Part shown: piece after piece, positions 1-8,413 of the stretch
How the letters are laid out: each line of letters begins with the position of its first letter
Numbering within the stretch: the stretch's first letter is position 1
Assembly: GCA_015056015.1 (NCBI GenBank)
Contig: SVHD01000005.1
Coordinates: 13,924 to 77,923, forward strand
DNA: 64,000 nt
Source of the DNA: Clostridiales bacterium
GTDB taxonomy: Bacteria > Bacillota > Clostridia > Christensenellales > Aristaeellaceae
Direction: 5' to 3'
Position numbers and translations under genes: made by a program
The notes under the pieces: model-generated
The model's database searches: none
What the model was told of the DNA's origin: nothing
Seen by the model: only the letters and a program-made list of their open reading frames with translations

Positions 1-1592
1 CGGATATAGTCCAGCAGGGAGGTCTTGCCGTGGTCAACGTGGCCCATGATGGTGATAACGGGAGGACGGGCCTGAAGATCCTCTTCGGCGTCTTCCACAT
101 TGGTTTCGGACAGGGCGTCTTCAGCGGTTTTATCCAGCTTCATTTCCAGTTCCACTTCGAATTCGGAGCAGACCAGGGAAGCGGTATCAAAATCCAGCTC
201 GCTGTTGATATTGGACATGATGCCCAGCATCAAAAGCTTCTTAAGAATTTCGCCGGCGGGCTTACCGATGCGCTCGGTCAGATCTTTGACGGTGATGGTT
301 TCCGCCGTCATATAGGCCTTTTCGATCTTGATGGGGGCCATCATCTGCTGCGCGGAGGGCTGCTTCTTGCTGGCCCGGGCGCGCTTGCCGCCGCGGACGG
401 TTTCGTCATCGTAGCCGTTGAAGGATTCCTTCACCAGCTGCTTTCGATTCTTGGAGACATGCTCCGGATCATGCTGACGGATATAATTCTTTTTGTTGGG
501 ATCGTAATTGCTGACCCGTTCCTTTTCCACAACGGGGGTCAGTTCGGGACCGCGGCTGCGGTTCATGCCGCCGCCCATAGGCCGGTTACCGCCACCCATG
601 GGGCGATTGCCGCCGGGGGCATTGCCGCCGCCCATGGGAGGACGGGGCGCGCCGCCGGGCGCGGCGGGACGGCCATACTGCTGCTGGCCAGCATTGGCGG
701 GACGGCCATAGGGACCACCCTGACCCTGCTGCGGATTGGCAGGACGGCCATAGGGGCCCTGGGGATTGGCGGGACGGCCATAAGGTCCGCCCTGGCCCTG
801 CTGCGGATTGGCAGGACGGCCATAGGGGCCCTGGGAATTGGCGGGACGACCATAAGGTCCGCCCTGACCCTGCTGCGGATTCGCGGGACGGCCGTAGGGG
901 CCCTGAGGACGGGGCGCGCCGGGCGCCGGACGGCCATACTGCTGCTGGCCGGGAGCGGGCGCGGGACGTGCGGGCGCCGCAGCGGGAGCAGGAGCCGCAG
1001 GCTTTTCGGCCTTGACTTCCGCGGGCTTTTCAGCAGGCTTTTCGGCCTTGACTTCCGCAGGCTTTTCAGCAGGCTTTTCGGCCTTGGCTTCCGCAGGCTT
1101 TTCAGCAGGCTTTTCGGCCTTGACTTCCGCGGGCTTTTCAGCAGGCTTTTCGGCCTTGGCTTCCGCGGGCTTGGCGGCAGGCTTTTCAGCCTTCGCCTCC
1201 ACTGCCTTTTCGGCCTTTTCCTTCTTGGCGGGTTTTTCAGCCGCCTTCTTGGCAGGCGCAGCCTCTTCCTTCTTTTCGGCGGGCTTTTCGGCCTTTACTT
1301 CCACGGGCTTTTCATCTGGCTTTTCCTGTACCTGAACAGGAGCGGAGGGGGCTTCCGCCTCCTCGTCGGGCATCGTCCAAGCCTTGGTATGCTGCTGGGC
1401 AAGCAGACGCTGCTCTTCCTGGTGTTTCTGTGCGCGTTCTTCTTCTTCCGCGCGCTGGAATTTGGCTTCCTGCTTGCGCAGATTCTGCATCACATTATCC
1501 AGATTGCGCCGAATCCGCGCCGCTTCCTCCAGGATTACGCCTGCCTGCTGGTTAATTTCCTTCGTGGCTTCAGTCAGTTTTACCTTGGTCAT
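1..1592 (-). CDS. infB: Translation initiation factor IF-2, N-terminal about 530 aa (C-terminus lies beyond the left window edge)
   Basis: The reverse frame is open from the ATG at 1592 (MTKVKLTEATKEINQQAGVILEEAARIRRNL...) to position 1. The last residues read ...RPPVITIMGHVDHGKTSLLDYI, which is the IF-2 GTPase G1 motif. It lies downstream of rimP-nusA-ylxR-ylxQ as in the canonical Firmicutes operon. It is absent from the ORF track because it runs off the edge; the + ORF 30..1595 is its antisense shadow. Confidence 0.95.
   Translation of the reverse strand, partial: MTKVKLTEATKEINQQAGVILEEAARIRRNLDNVMQNLRKQEAKFQRAEEEERAQKHQEEQRLLAQQHTKAWTMPDEEAEAPSAPVQVQEKPDEKPVEVKAEKPAEKKEEAAPAKKAAEKPAKKEKAEKAVEAKAEKPAAKPAEAKAEKPAEKPAEVKAEKPAEKPAEAKAEKPAEKPAEVKAEKPAEKPAEVKAEKPAAPAPAAAPARPAPAPGQQQYGRPAPGAPRPQGPYGRPANPQQGQGGPYGRPANSQGPYGRPANPQQGQGGPYGRPANPQGPYGRPANPQQGQGGPYGRPANAGQQQYGRPAAPGGAPRPPMGGGNAPGGNRPMGGGNRPMGGGMNRSRGPELTPVVEKERVSNYDPNKKNYIRQHDPEHVSKNRKQLVKESFNGYDDETVRGGKRARASKKQPSAQQMMAPIKIEKAYMTAETITVKDLTERIGKPAGEILKKLLMLGIMSNINSELDFDTASLVCSEFEVELEMKLDKTAEDALSETNVEDAEEDLQARPPVITIMGHVDHGKTSLLDYI
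701..910 (-). repeat. In-frame 72-nt tandem repeat (about 2.9 copies) inside infB, encoding GPYGRPANPQQGQG-GPYGRPANPQ units
   Basis: The unit starts gacggccata(g/a)gg... recur at 701, 743, 773, 815, 845 and 887. Spacings alternate 42 and 30 nt, giving a 72-nt period, and copies are near identical. Confidence 0.9.
1000..1195 (-). repeat. In-frame 36-nt tandem repeat (about 5 copies) inside infB, encoding AEKPAEKPAE(V/A)K units
   Basis: ggcttttcggccttg(a/g)cttccgc(g/a)ggcttttcagca recurs at 1000, 1036, 1072, 1108 and 1144 with only 1-2 substitutions per copy. Confidence 0.9.
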
Positions 1593-1654
1593 TGAATGCT
1601 TGCACCCCCGCATTTGGCATAGTTTTTTTCGTTAAGATTGAATGAATGATCCAT

Positions 1655-1972
1655 TTATGATTGGCCGTTGTTTTCCGGCCCGGTAAGCAATAAAAGCAAT
1701 TGCTGGCATAATTTGCCCGGCCTGATGGCCGCGGCCATTCGCCCATCCTTGCCGCAGGCCTGGGATATTGCATCCGTCGGCAGCATATGCAAGGGAACAT
1801 GGCGATAGGCGCAGGCGTCGGTAATCTTTTTTCTGGTTCCTTCCGATGCGCTTTCATCCAGCAGCACCAGGGCGGCATGGCCGGCTTTGATTTCCTTCAG
1901 CGCCATTTCCGCGCCCAGAATCACCTGGCCCGCCCTGCAGGAAAGCCCCAGCAGCCCCAGCACGTTCTTCAC
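1655..1972 (-). CDS. ylxQ: L7Ae/L30e-family RNA-binding protein (YlxQ-like)
   Basis: 105 aa, [52 protein letters not shown]. This is the typical YlxQ sequence and the conserved position between ylxR and infB. Its start overlaps the ylxR stop. Confidence 0.85.
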   Translation of the reverse strand: MKNVLGLLGLSCRAGQVILGAEMALKEIKAGHAALVLLDESASEGTRKKITDACAYRHVPLHMLPTDAISQACGKDGRMAAAIRPGKLCQQLLLLLTGPENNGQS

Positions 1973-2247
1973 GCTTCCCCCTCCAGGCTTTCCAGTTCAT
2001 GAAGAAGAGAGGCATGGGTTTCTTCGCCGATGGCGCATTCAAAGGCCCGTTCCAATTGCTTTTGCTTGATGGCACGCTTTAAGCATTCCGCGCTCCGGCA
2101 TACATAGGCGCCGCGCCCCGGCTTACGCCCCGTCAGATCCATGGAAACGGCCCCCTCCGGGGATTTGACCACCCGGATCAATTCCTTCTTGGGCTTCATT
2201 TCCCGGCAGCCCACACACATGCGCATGGGTATCTTTTTTTCCTTCAT
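1969..2247 (-). CDS. ylxR: YlxR/RnpM family (DUF448) RNA-binding protein
   Basis: 92 aa with the [21 protein letters not shown]...GRGAYVC signature. It lies immediately downstream of nusA. Confidence 0.9.
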   Translation of the reverse strand: MKEKKIPMRMCVGCREMKPKKELIRVVKSPEGAVSMDLTGRKPGRGAYVCRSAECLKRAIKQKQLERAFECAIGEETHASLLHELESLEGEA

Positions 2248-2265
2248 GGGCGATCCCCTCTTATA

Positions 2266-3429
2266 TTATTCGATCTCGTCGTCAGGAATGATGGAATCGT
2301 AATCCTCATATTCGTCGGCGATCACCTGGCCATTGCCTTCGGGCAATTCAGGCATTTCCTGGCGGAGCAATTCGGCCACCTGGGTCTGGGATTTGATATC
2401 GATCTTCCAGCCGGTCAGCTTGGCCGCCAGGCGGGCATTCTGCCCTTCCTTGCCGATGGCCAGGGACAGCTGATTATCCGGCACCACCACGCGGCAGATC
2501 TTTTCCTTATCGGAAACGAACACGCTGACCACATGGGCGGGATTGAGGGCGTTGGCCACAAATTCCGCCGGATCCTGGGACCACTTGATGATATCGATCT
2601 TTTCGTTCTTCAGTTCGCTGACAACCTTATCCACGCGGCTGCCGCGGGGGCCCACGCAGGCGCCCACGGGATCAATCATGGCGTCCATGGAGGCAACGGC
2701 CATCTTGGTGCGGCTGCCGGCTTCGCGGGCGATGGATTTGATCTGCACGATACCGGTGGCGATTTCGGGCACTTCCATTTCAAAGAGGCGCTTGACAAGG
2801 CCGGTATGGATACGGCTGACGGCCACCTGAGGAGCCCGGGTGGCGTCCCGGCCGGAGCGATATACCTGCAATACATAGACCTTGATATGATCGCCGGGGC
2901 GATATTCTTCGCCGGGCATAAATTCGCTGGCTTCCAGCACGCCGGCGGTGCGGCCCAATTCCACATAAACGGCCTTGGGTTCCACCTTTTCTACGATAGC
3001 GGTGAGGATTTCATTTTCCTTTTCGATATATTCATCATAAATCTTGCCCCGTTCGGCTTCCCGCAGCCGCTGCAGGATCACCTGCTTGGCGGTCTGGGCG
3101 GCCACACGGCCGAAATCCGCAGGGGTCACATCGATTTCCACGATATCGCCCAGTTCATAATTGGGGCGAAGGGCCCGGGCTTCTTCCAAAGAAATCTGCT
3201 GGCTGTCATCCTCCACCACTTCGGAAACCACCTTGCGGGCGAAAATCTGCACGTCATGCTCCCGGGAGAGCACCACGGAAAGATTTACGGGGGGCACGCC
3301 CTTCACATTCCGGCGATAAGCGGCCTTGCAGCCCTCTTCCACCGCGCTGACAATCTGATCCAGGCTGATATCCTTGGCTTTCGCCAGGTTTTCAATCGCA
3401 TCCATCATTTCGGATTTACGTGCTGCCAT
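2266..3429 (-). CDS. nusA: Transcription termination/antitermination factor NusA
   Basis: 387 aa with an N-terminal domain, an S1 domain (GDIVEIDV..) and KH domains ([40 protein letters not shown]). Confidence 0.97.
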   Translation of the reverse strand: MAARKSEMMDAIENLAKAKDISLDQIVSAVEEGCKAAYRRNVKGVPPVNLSVVLSREHDVQIFARKVVSEVVEDDSQQISLEEARALRPNYELGDIVEIDVTPADFGRVAAQTAKQVILQRLREAERGKIYDEYIEKENEILTAIVEKVEPKAVYVELGRTAGVLEASEFMPGEEYRPGDHIKVYVLQVYRSGRDATRAPQVAVSRIHTGLVKRLFEMEVPEIATGIVQIKSIAREAGSRTKMAVASMDAMIDPVGACVGPRGSRVDKVVSELKNEKIDIIKWSQDPAEFVANALNPAHVVSVFVSDKEKICRVVVPDNQLSLAIGKEGQNARLAAKLTGWKIDIKSQTQVAELLRQEMPELPEGNGQVIADEYEDYDSIIPDDEIE

Positions 3430-3476
3430 TGTTATTTCTCCTGCCTTCCAAATTCTCTCACTTTGCAGAAGGAATC

Positions 3477-3962
3477 TTATTCCTCTGCATCCTCAATATC
3501 TTCCAGACCGCTCAGATCGGGCACCAGGCGCACCTGGGAAACCGTTTTCCGCGGCAATTCCGTTTGTTCTTCCCCCACCTGCAAAAGCACATGGTTTTCA
3601 TCCATTTCGGTAAGCAATCCCTGGATGCTCTTTTTCCCATCCACCGGCTTGTAGAGCCTGGCTTCCACCAGCAGGCCGATGGATTTTTCGATATCCCGCT
3701 TGGTTTTCAGCGGCCGGTCAATCCCGGGGGAGCAAACCTCCAGGAAATCATAATCGAACGCTTCCAGAGCAGGCTGCACCAGCTTATGGTATTTTTCGCA
3801 GTCATCCAGCGTAACGCCGCTTTCGGTATCAATATAGATCCGCAGATAACGGCCGGTGGGTTCCTTTTCGATGGCCACGTCGCAAAGCTCGTATTCCAGC
3901 TTATCCGCAGTCCGCTGACAGATGGCCTCAATCTTTTGCATGTTTGCATTCTTGGGGGGCAT
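3477..3962 (-). CDS. rimP: Ribosome maturation factor RimP
   Basis: 161 aa with ...[24 protein letters not shown]...[22 protein letters not shown] lies 7 nt upstream of the ATG. It is the first gene of the nusA operon. Confidence 0.92.
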   Translation of the reverse strand: MPPKNANMQKIEAICQRTADKLEYELCDVAIEKEPTGRYLRIYIDTESGVTLDDCEKYHKLVQPALEAFDYDFLEVCSPGIDRPLKTKRDIEKSIGLLVEARLYKPVDGKKSIQGLLTEMDENHVLLQVGEEQTELPRKTVSQVRLVPDLSGLEDIEDAEE

Positions 3963-3981
3963 TTTCAGGCTCCTTTACCTT

Positions 3982-4083
3982 AAAAAAATACAGAAAGAGT
4001 GGGCAATGCTGCATTTCCGGAAGAACACAGGGACGCGGAATAGACCTTCCGTCCCGGTCTTCTCATTGCAGCTCCCACTCTTC
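3982..4083 (-). promoter_or_regulatory. Leader hairpin plus U-tract (terminator/attenuator-like) in the 5' leader of rimP-nusA-infB
   Basis: The minus strand reads GAAGAGUGGGAGCUGCAAUGAGAAGACCGGGACGG..CCGCGUCCCUGUGUUCUUCCGGAAAUGCAGCAUUGCCCACUCUUUC. This is an imperfect stem of about 90 nt, followed by UGUAUUUUUUU, then the RBS and the rimP ATG. Confidence 0.6.
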
Positions 4084-4175
4084 GTTAAACCCTTCTTTCT
4101 AAAGGAAAAATTCATTTCGCTTGCCGCCTTCCGATGGCACGAAAAATCGCTGCCGGAAAAGCAGTTTACGGCGTT

Positions 4176-4204
4176 ATTATACCATAGTGTTCCCCGGAAT
4201 ACAA
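4176..4204 (-). promoter_or_regulatory. Sigma-A-type promoter of the rimP-nusA operon (TTGTAT-N17-TGgTATAAT)
   Basis: The minus strand reads cTTGTATtccggggaacactaTGgTATAAT. It has an extended -10, 17-nt spacing, and lies about 210 nt upstream of rimP. Confidence 0.65.
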
Positions 4205-4263
4205 GCGTTTTACAAATAAATCTTCCTTAAAAAAGAACGCATCAAAATTATGCAGAATTGCCG

Positions 4264-4292
4264 CAAAAAAACCGCGTCCTTATGGGACGCGG
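4264..4292 (-). terminator. Intrinsic terminator after the ADP-ribosylglycohydrolase-family gene
   Basis: The minus strand has the stem CCGCGUCCC-AUAA-GGACGCGG followed by UUUUUUU. Confidence 0.8.
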
Positions 4293-4310
4293 CTGCATTG
4301 TTTTTTCGAA

Positions 4311-5798
4311 TCAGCCCATCACCTGAATCGGCACCAGGATCTGAGTGGGCCGGCCGGGGCTGGTCACTTCCAGAATAATATTGTTAACGGCATTCACATG
4401 CTCGCCCGCATGGATGGTAAAGGGTACTTTATTGTAACGATACTTCTGATCGCGGGGATTCAGATAGCTGTAGGCGGTCAGGGGGCTTTCCACCGTCCAG
4501 CCTTCGGGGCAGAGATAGCGCAGGCTGTATTGCTTCTGCTCGGGGAAATTGGGCTTATTGGTTACGGTGATCACGCCGCTGATGGTGCCGCCCGCCGTGA
4601 TCTGGGGCTTATCATCAAATTCCACCATCACATCGGCGATGACGCCTTCGATGATGTAGGAATAAGGCTTGCGATTGGCCAGGGACATGGCAAATTCATT
4701 GCCGTAGAATTCATCCACGTTCAGTTCGGTCAAATCTTCCTTGTCCGCCAAACATACGCCGCGGTAATCCGCCCGATGGGGCCGGGCCAGATTCAGCAAA
4801 ATCTGGCTCTGATTCTGCCTGAGGGTCACGGGCAGAAGATTGAGGATGCAATCGGTAAGGACGGTGCAATCCTCGGGATAGAAGCCATGGCCATTGGTAA
4901 GGCAGATGCTCTTGATGCCCTCGCCGATATAGGCCATCCAATCCTTGGGAATGCCATTCATGCCATCTTTGATACCCAGGATGGAGCCCAGGGTGGCGCC
5001 GGTGCAGTCGGTATCATCGCCGCAGTTAACGGCCAGAATCATGCTCTTTTTGAAATCGCATTCGCCATAGAGCAGGCCCAGCACCACATAGGCCACATTG
5101 GCAGGGGCCTGGAACCAGCCCAGATCCTCGCTGTCCTTAACGATCATTTCCCGGCAGGTCTTCCAGTCGATGCCATCGGCATAGGCCTTGCGCACCAGCT
5201 TGATCGCCCGGGCCACCCGGCAATCATCCGGAATCTTGGAAAGGCCGATATCCAGCAGCTGATTGAAATCCTTCACCACGAAGGCGGCGCTTTCCACAGC
5301 GGCCACAAAAATGGCGGCATAGGTGCCTTCGCCAAAGCCGTGATCCACGCTGGCGTCTTCAAATGCCAGGCGGATGGCCTTTTCGGGCATGGCAGGATAC
5401 AGGCAGGCCCACACCTCCGTGCGGATCCAGGCGCCATTGGAATCACGCCAGAGCTTGTTATTATATTCGCCGCTCATGGGGGGCAGAATGCCCTGGCGCA
5501 TATTGCTTTTGCATACGCCATATTCATTCCAGTTGGGGTTGATAAAGCTCATCCAGTATTCGCCCAGCACCTTGCTGTTGATGGCGTCGGGGCCCAAATC
5601 ATTCACCGCCCGCAGCCAGACCAGCTGCAGATCCAGATCGTCGTTGGGCAAAGGTTCGCCGGCCTTGGAGGCAAAGCCGCTGATATCCAGCAGTTCCTGG
5701 GTGCCTTCATAGGGGGTGCCCAGGGTGCCGCCGATATTTTTGCCGATCCAGCAGGCATAAATGCGATCCCGAAGATTTTCCTTGGAAAGATAAATCAT
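4311..5798 (-). CDS. ADP-ribosylglycohydrolase (ARH/DraG) family protein with an about 160-aa C-terminal beta-rich extension
   Basis: 495 aa. The N-terminal motif is RDRIYACWIGKNIGGTLGTPYEG and the distal metal-site motif is NCGDDTDCTGATLGSILG; both are typical of the ARH fold. RBS GAGGAGG lies upstream. Confidence 0.85.
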   Translation of the reverse strand: MIYLSKENLRDRIYACWIGKNIGGTLGTPYEGTQELLDISGFASKAGEPLPNDDLDLQLVWLRAVNDLGPDAINSKVLGEYWMSFINPNWNEYGVCKSNMRQGILPPMSGEYNNKLWRDSNGAWIRTEVWACLYPAMPEKAIRLAFEDASVDHGFGEGTYAAIFVAAVESAAFVVKDFNQLLDIGLSKIPDDCRVARAIKLVRKAYADGIDWKTCREMIVKDSEDLGWFQAPANVAYVVLGLLYGECDFKKSMILAVNCGDDTDCTGATLGSILGIKDGMNGIPKDWMAYIGEGIKSICLTNGHGFYPEDCTVLTDCILNLLPVTLRQNQSQILLNLARPHRADYRGVCLADKEDLTELNVDEFYGNEFAMSLANRKPYSYIIEGVIADVMVEFDDKPQITAGGTISGVITVTNKPNFPEQKQYSLRYLCPEGWTVESPLTAYSYLNPRDQKYRYNKVPFTIHAGEHVNAVNNIILEVTSPGRPTQILVPIQVMG

Positions 5799-5883
5799 TT
5801 TATATTCCTCCTCTTGTATTCATTCCTTGATTTCAGTATAATGCAAGCAAAGGTTTCATTCTATGTAATTCAGGAGAAAAACC

Positions 5884-6744
5884 ATGCGAAATCGCTCAAT
5901 TTCCAATTTACCATCCATCTATGCGCCATCCCTGCCCACGGAGATGACCACGGATTTTCGCCCGCCCCATTCCCTGGGCATTTTTGATATAACCTTTCTC
6001 CATTTTCATTCCTGCATGGAATTGGGGGTGTGCGTCAGCGGCCGGGGAAGCTGCATCGTGGATGATCAGGAATATTCCTTTTCCGCCGGGGATGTGCAGA
6101 TTATTTTCCCCTTTCAGAATCATCTGAACAGGAATGACGGCGATGAATCCAGCCGCTGGTACTGGCTGAATATTGATCCCGTCCGCCAGTTGGGGGAATG
6201 GGGCGCGCCCAGGCTTTCCCATCTGCAAAAGCTATTGGAAACCCAGATGGGGTTATGCGGAATCATCGATCGGCAGCAGTTTCCATTCCTTGCGGAATTG
6301 ATCACAAGAATTGTCCTGCCGGGCGAAAAAAATCGGCGTTTTTCCTGCCTGTATACCCTGATTGAGGAATTGGCGGTGGCGTCCCGGGGGCTGCCCCTTT
6401 TATCCCTGCGCCCCGGCCGGCAGTTCACCCGGCTGGAGCCCGCCATTGACCTGGTGCATAACGCGCTGGAAAAAGGCGAAAGCCCATCCGTCGCCGCCAT
6501 GGCGGAAAGCTGCGCCCTCTCCCCCGCGCCTTTTCGCCGGGCATTTCATCTGGCCTTTGGCCAATCCCCCCAGCAGTATATCCTCTCCGCCCAGATGCGC
6601 AAGGCCCAGATGCTTTTGCTTCTTTCCGATCTTTCCGTTACCCAGATTGCCCTTGCCGTGGGCTATCAGGATGTATCCGGCTTCAACCGCAAATTTCTTC
6701 AGTCCTTCGGCCTTTCCCCCCGGGCCTACCGGGCCATGCGGTGA
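5884..6744 (+). CDS. AraC family transcriptional regulator (cupin sensor plus C-terminal HTH)
   Basis: 286 aa. The C-terminus reads ...SPAPFRRAFHLAFGQSPQQYILSAQMRKAQMLLLLSDLSVTQIALAVGYQDVSGFNRKFLQSFGLSPRAYR. It is divergent from the ARH gene. Confidence 0.9.
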   Translation: MRNRSISNLPSIYAPSLPTEMTTDFRPPHSLGIFDITFLHFHSCMELGVCVSGRGSCIVDDQEYSFSAGDVQIIFPFQNHLNRNDGDESSRWYWLNIDPVRQLGEWGAPRLSHLQKLLETQMGLCGIIDRQQFPFLAELITRIVLPGEKNRRFSCLYTLIEELAVASRGLPLLSLRPGRQFTRLEPAIDLVHNALEKGESPSVAAMAESCALSPAPFRRAFHLAFGQSPQQYILSAQMRKAQMLLLLSDLSVTQIALAVGYQDVSGFNRKFLQSFGLSPRAYRAMR

Positions 6745-6757
6745 GGGAAAAAGCATG

Positions 6758-6815
6758 CTGGGGAAACCATTCTTTGTGACCAAAGAACGGTTTCCCCAGT
6801 CCCCTTCCAAGAAAG
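6758..6815 (+). repeat. Intergenic hairpin-plus-tail repeat, copy A
   Basis: ctggggaaaccattctttg-tgac-caaagaacggtttccccag followed by tccccttccaagaaag. The same architecture and core occur at 43666..43720, 49564..49621 and 54882..54942, with a variant at 54701..54751. Confidence 0.8.
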
Positions 6816-6880
6816 TCATCGGGAAATTTCCTGCATTCATTTTCCATGCAATCCCTCCCTGTATATTTTTATTTTTCAAC

Positions 6881-6920
6881 AAAAAAGTCAGCAGAGCGCT
6901 TTCGTCCTGCTGACTTTTTT
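6881..6920. terminator. Bidirectional intrinsic terminator between araC-like (+) and GH30 (-)
   Basis: aaaaaa-GTCAGCAG..CTGCTGAC-tttttt. Confidence 0.8.
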
Positions 6921-6928
6921 CAATTACT

Positions 6929-8284
6929 TTATTTTTCAAATACGACGGTGGAAACGGCATTGGGCAGCAATTCAATATACCACCACTGCCCGCCATACTG
7001 ATACTGAATCTGGCGTTTGGTGGCATTACTGTTGGCCAGCACCAGCACATGGCTGCCATCGGGATTATTGAATGCGCAGCTTTCCACCGCCCACCAGGGC
7101 TTATCGGTAGCAAAGCCAAACATCGTCACGCCATCCCCGGCCAATTCCGTGGCATGCACCATAGCGCCCCGCTGCACAAATTTGGTAAAATGCGCCAGGG
7201 CCTTGCTCTGGCCGCTGTAGGTGATTTCGCCGGTCTGGCTGTTAAGGGTGGCCAATCCGCCGCAGAAGAAGGGGCCCACATTGGGGCCGCCGGTTTCATC
7301 CAGCATCAGATTCCAGCCGGTAAAGGAACGGCAGCCATGATTGAAGGCCTTGGCCATCATGGTGGTCCATTTGCAATGATCGTCGCCATAATGATCATAG
7401 AGCCGGGGGCCGCCCTCAGTGAAATGATATTTGATATCGGGGAAATATTTACGCAGTTCATCCAGCCATTCGATGGCAGTATCATAGTAATGGAATGCCA
7501 CGGCGTCGGCGTCGGAAAGCAATTCGGGATATTCCTCCAGCATCCATTTCACCCGCAGCCAGCCGGTAAAGCAATGGTCATACATCCAGATGCCGGCGTC
7601 GATGCCTTCCTTGCGCATCTTGCGCTTGAGGGCGGAAATGAATTTCGCTTCGGTTTCGGGATGCCATTTGCAGGCGGGCATGAAGCCGGTCTGATCGGTT
7701 TCGGGTTCGTTCTGCGGGGTCAGGGCCTCGATATGAATTCCGTGTTCTTCATAGGCCTTGATGAATTTGATGATATAATCCGCATAGCATTCCACATATT
7801 TATCCCGCATATAGCCGCCGCAGATGGAATTGCCGGTTTTCATCCAGCCGGGAGGACTCCAGGGAGAGGCATACAGATACAGATCGGGATTCACCGCCAG
7901 CACTTCCTTGATCATGGGCAGCACATAGGCTTCGTCCCGAGCCACGGAAAAATGCTCCAGTTTTTCATCGCCGGGCACATCATCATAGGTATAGATTTCC
8001 GCAGAATAATCGCTGGCGCCGACGGAAAGCCGGCCTACGCCCAGATTCAGGCCATCCTTGCCGTAAATGGTTTCCAGGAAAGCCCGGCGCTTTTCCGGTT
8101 CCATGGTATTGAGTTCATAGCAGGAGCTGCCCGTAATCGCCACGCCCAGGCCGATCACCGGATCCTTTTCCGGCGCATCATTCACCCGCAGCACCAGGCT
8201 GTTGCCCGCATAGCTTCCGCAGGGCTTGAGTTCGTAAGGCCGCATGGGCGTTTCCGTCGTGGTCACATACTGCATAACCTTCAT
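6929..8284 (-). CDS. Glycoside hydrolase family 30 (glucosylceramidase/O-glycosyl hydrolase-like)
   Basis: 451 aa with LYASPWSPPGWMKT and TPQNEPE motifs characteristic of GH30. No signal peptide. RBS GGGAGG. Confidence 0.85.
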   Translation of the reverse strand: MKVMQYVTTTETPMRPYELKPCGSYAGNSLVLRVNDAPEKDPVIGLGVAITGSSCYELNTMEPEKRRAFLETIYGKDGLNLGVGRLSVGASDYSAEIYTYDDVPGDEKLEHFSVARDEAYVLPMIKEVLAVNPDLYLYASPWSPPGWMKTGNSICGGYMRDKYVECYADYIIKFIKAYEEHGIHIEALTPQNEPETDQTGFMPACKWHPETEAKFISALKRKMRKEGIDAGIWMYDHCFTGWLRVKWMLEEYPELLSDADAVAFHYYDTAIEWLDELRKYFPDIKYHFTEGGPRLYDHYGDDHCKWTTMMAKAFNHGCRSFTGWNLMLDETGGPNVGPFFCGGLATLNSQTGEITYSGQSKALAHFTKFVQRGAMVHATELAGDGVTMFGFATDKPWWAVESCAFNNPDGSHVLVLANSNATKRQIQYQYGGQWWYIELLPNAVSTVVFEK

Positions 8285-8413
8285 ATATTTTTACCTCCCA
8301 GGAAATAATCATCTATCTTTTTTATACAGCATTTTCAAAAATTTTTCAAGTTTATTTTCCGTCCGTATTCTCATCAGCAAGATGGAATCGTGATCCCCGA
8401 ATTGCTCCCTTCC

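Noticed and set aside
701-1195. A possible CRISPR-like or minisatellite array suggested by regular 36/72-nt periodicity
   Set aside because: The units are contiguous with no unique spacers, lie in-frame inside infB, and translate to typical IF-2 N-terminal low-complexity repeats. No cas genes are present in the window.
30-1595. 521-aa + strand ORF covering the left end of the window
   Set aside because: It is antisense to infB. Its translation is low-complexity (G/R/L/F runs mirroring the IF-2 repeats) and it has no RBS. The reverse frame encodes an unmistakable IF-2 N-terminus and G1 motif.
3922-4230. 102-aa + ORF in the rimP upstream region. I also briefly considered that the long hairpin might be an SRP/4.5S or 6S RNA.
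   Set aside because: The ORF lies antisense within the operon leader and has no RBS. The hairpin lacks the conserved SRP domain IV motif and the size and shape of 6S RNA. Its position directly before a U-tract and the rimP RBS fits a leader terminator better.
4398-5987. 529-aa + ORF antisense to the ARH-family gene. Similar long antisense ORFs occur at 2533..3654, 7049..8308, 8390..10597, 10619..11680, 12626..13522, 14357..15922 and 16025..16951.
   Set aside because: These are shadow ORFs typical of GC3-rich genes. The translations are dominated by G/H/I/A/F/Q with no motifs and no RBS, and in every case the opposite strand encodes a protein with clear family signatures.
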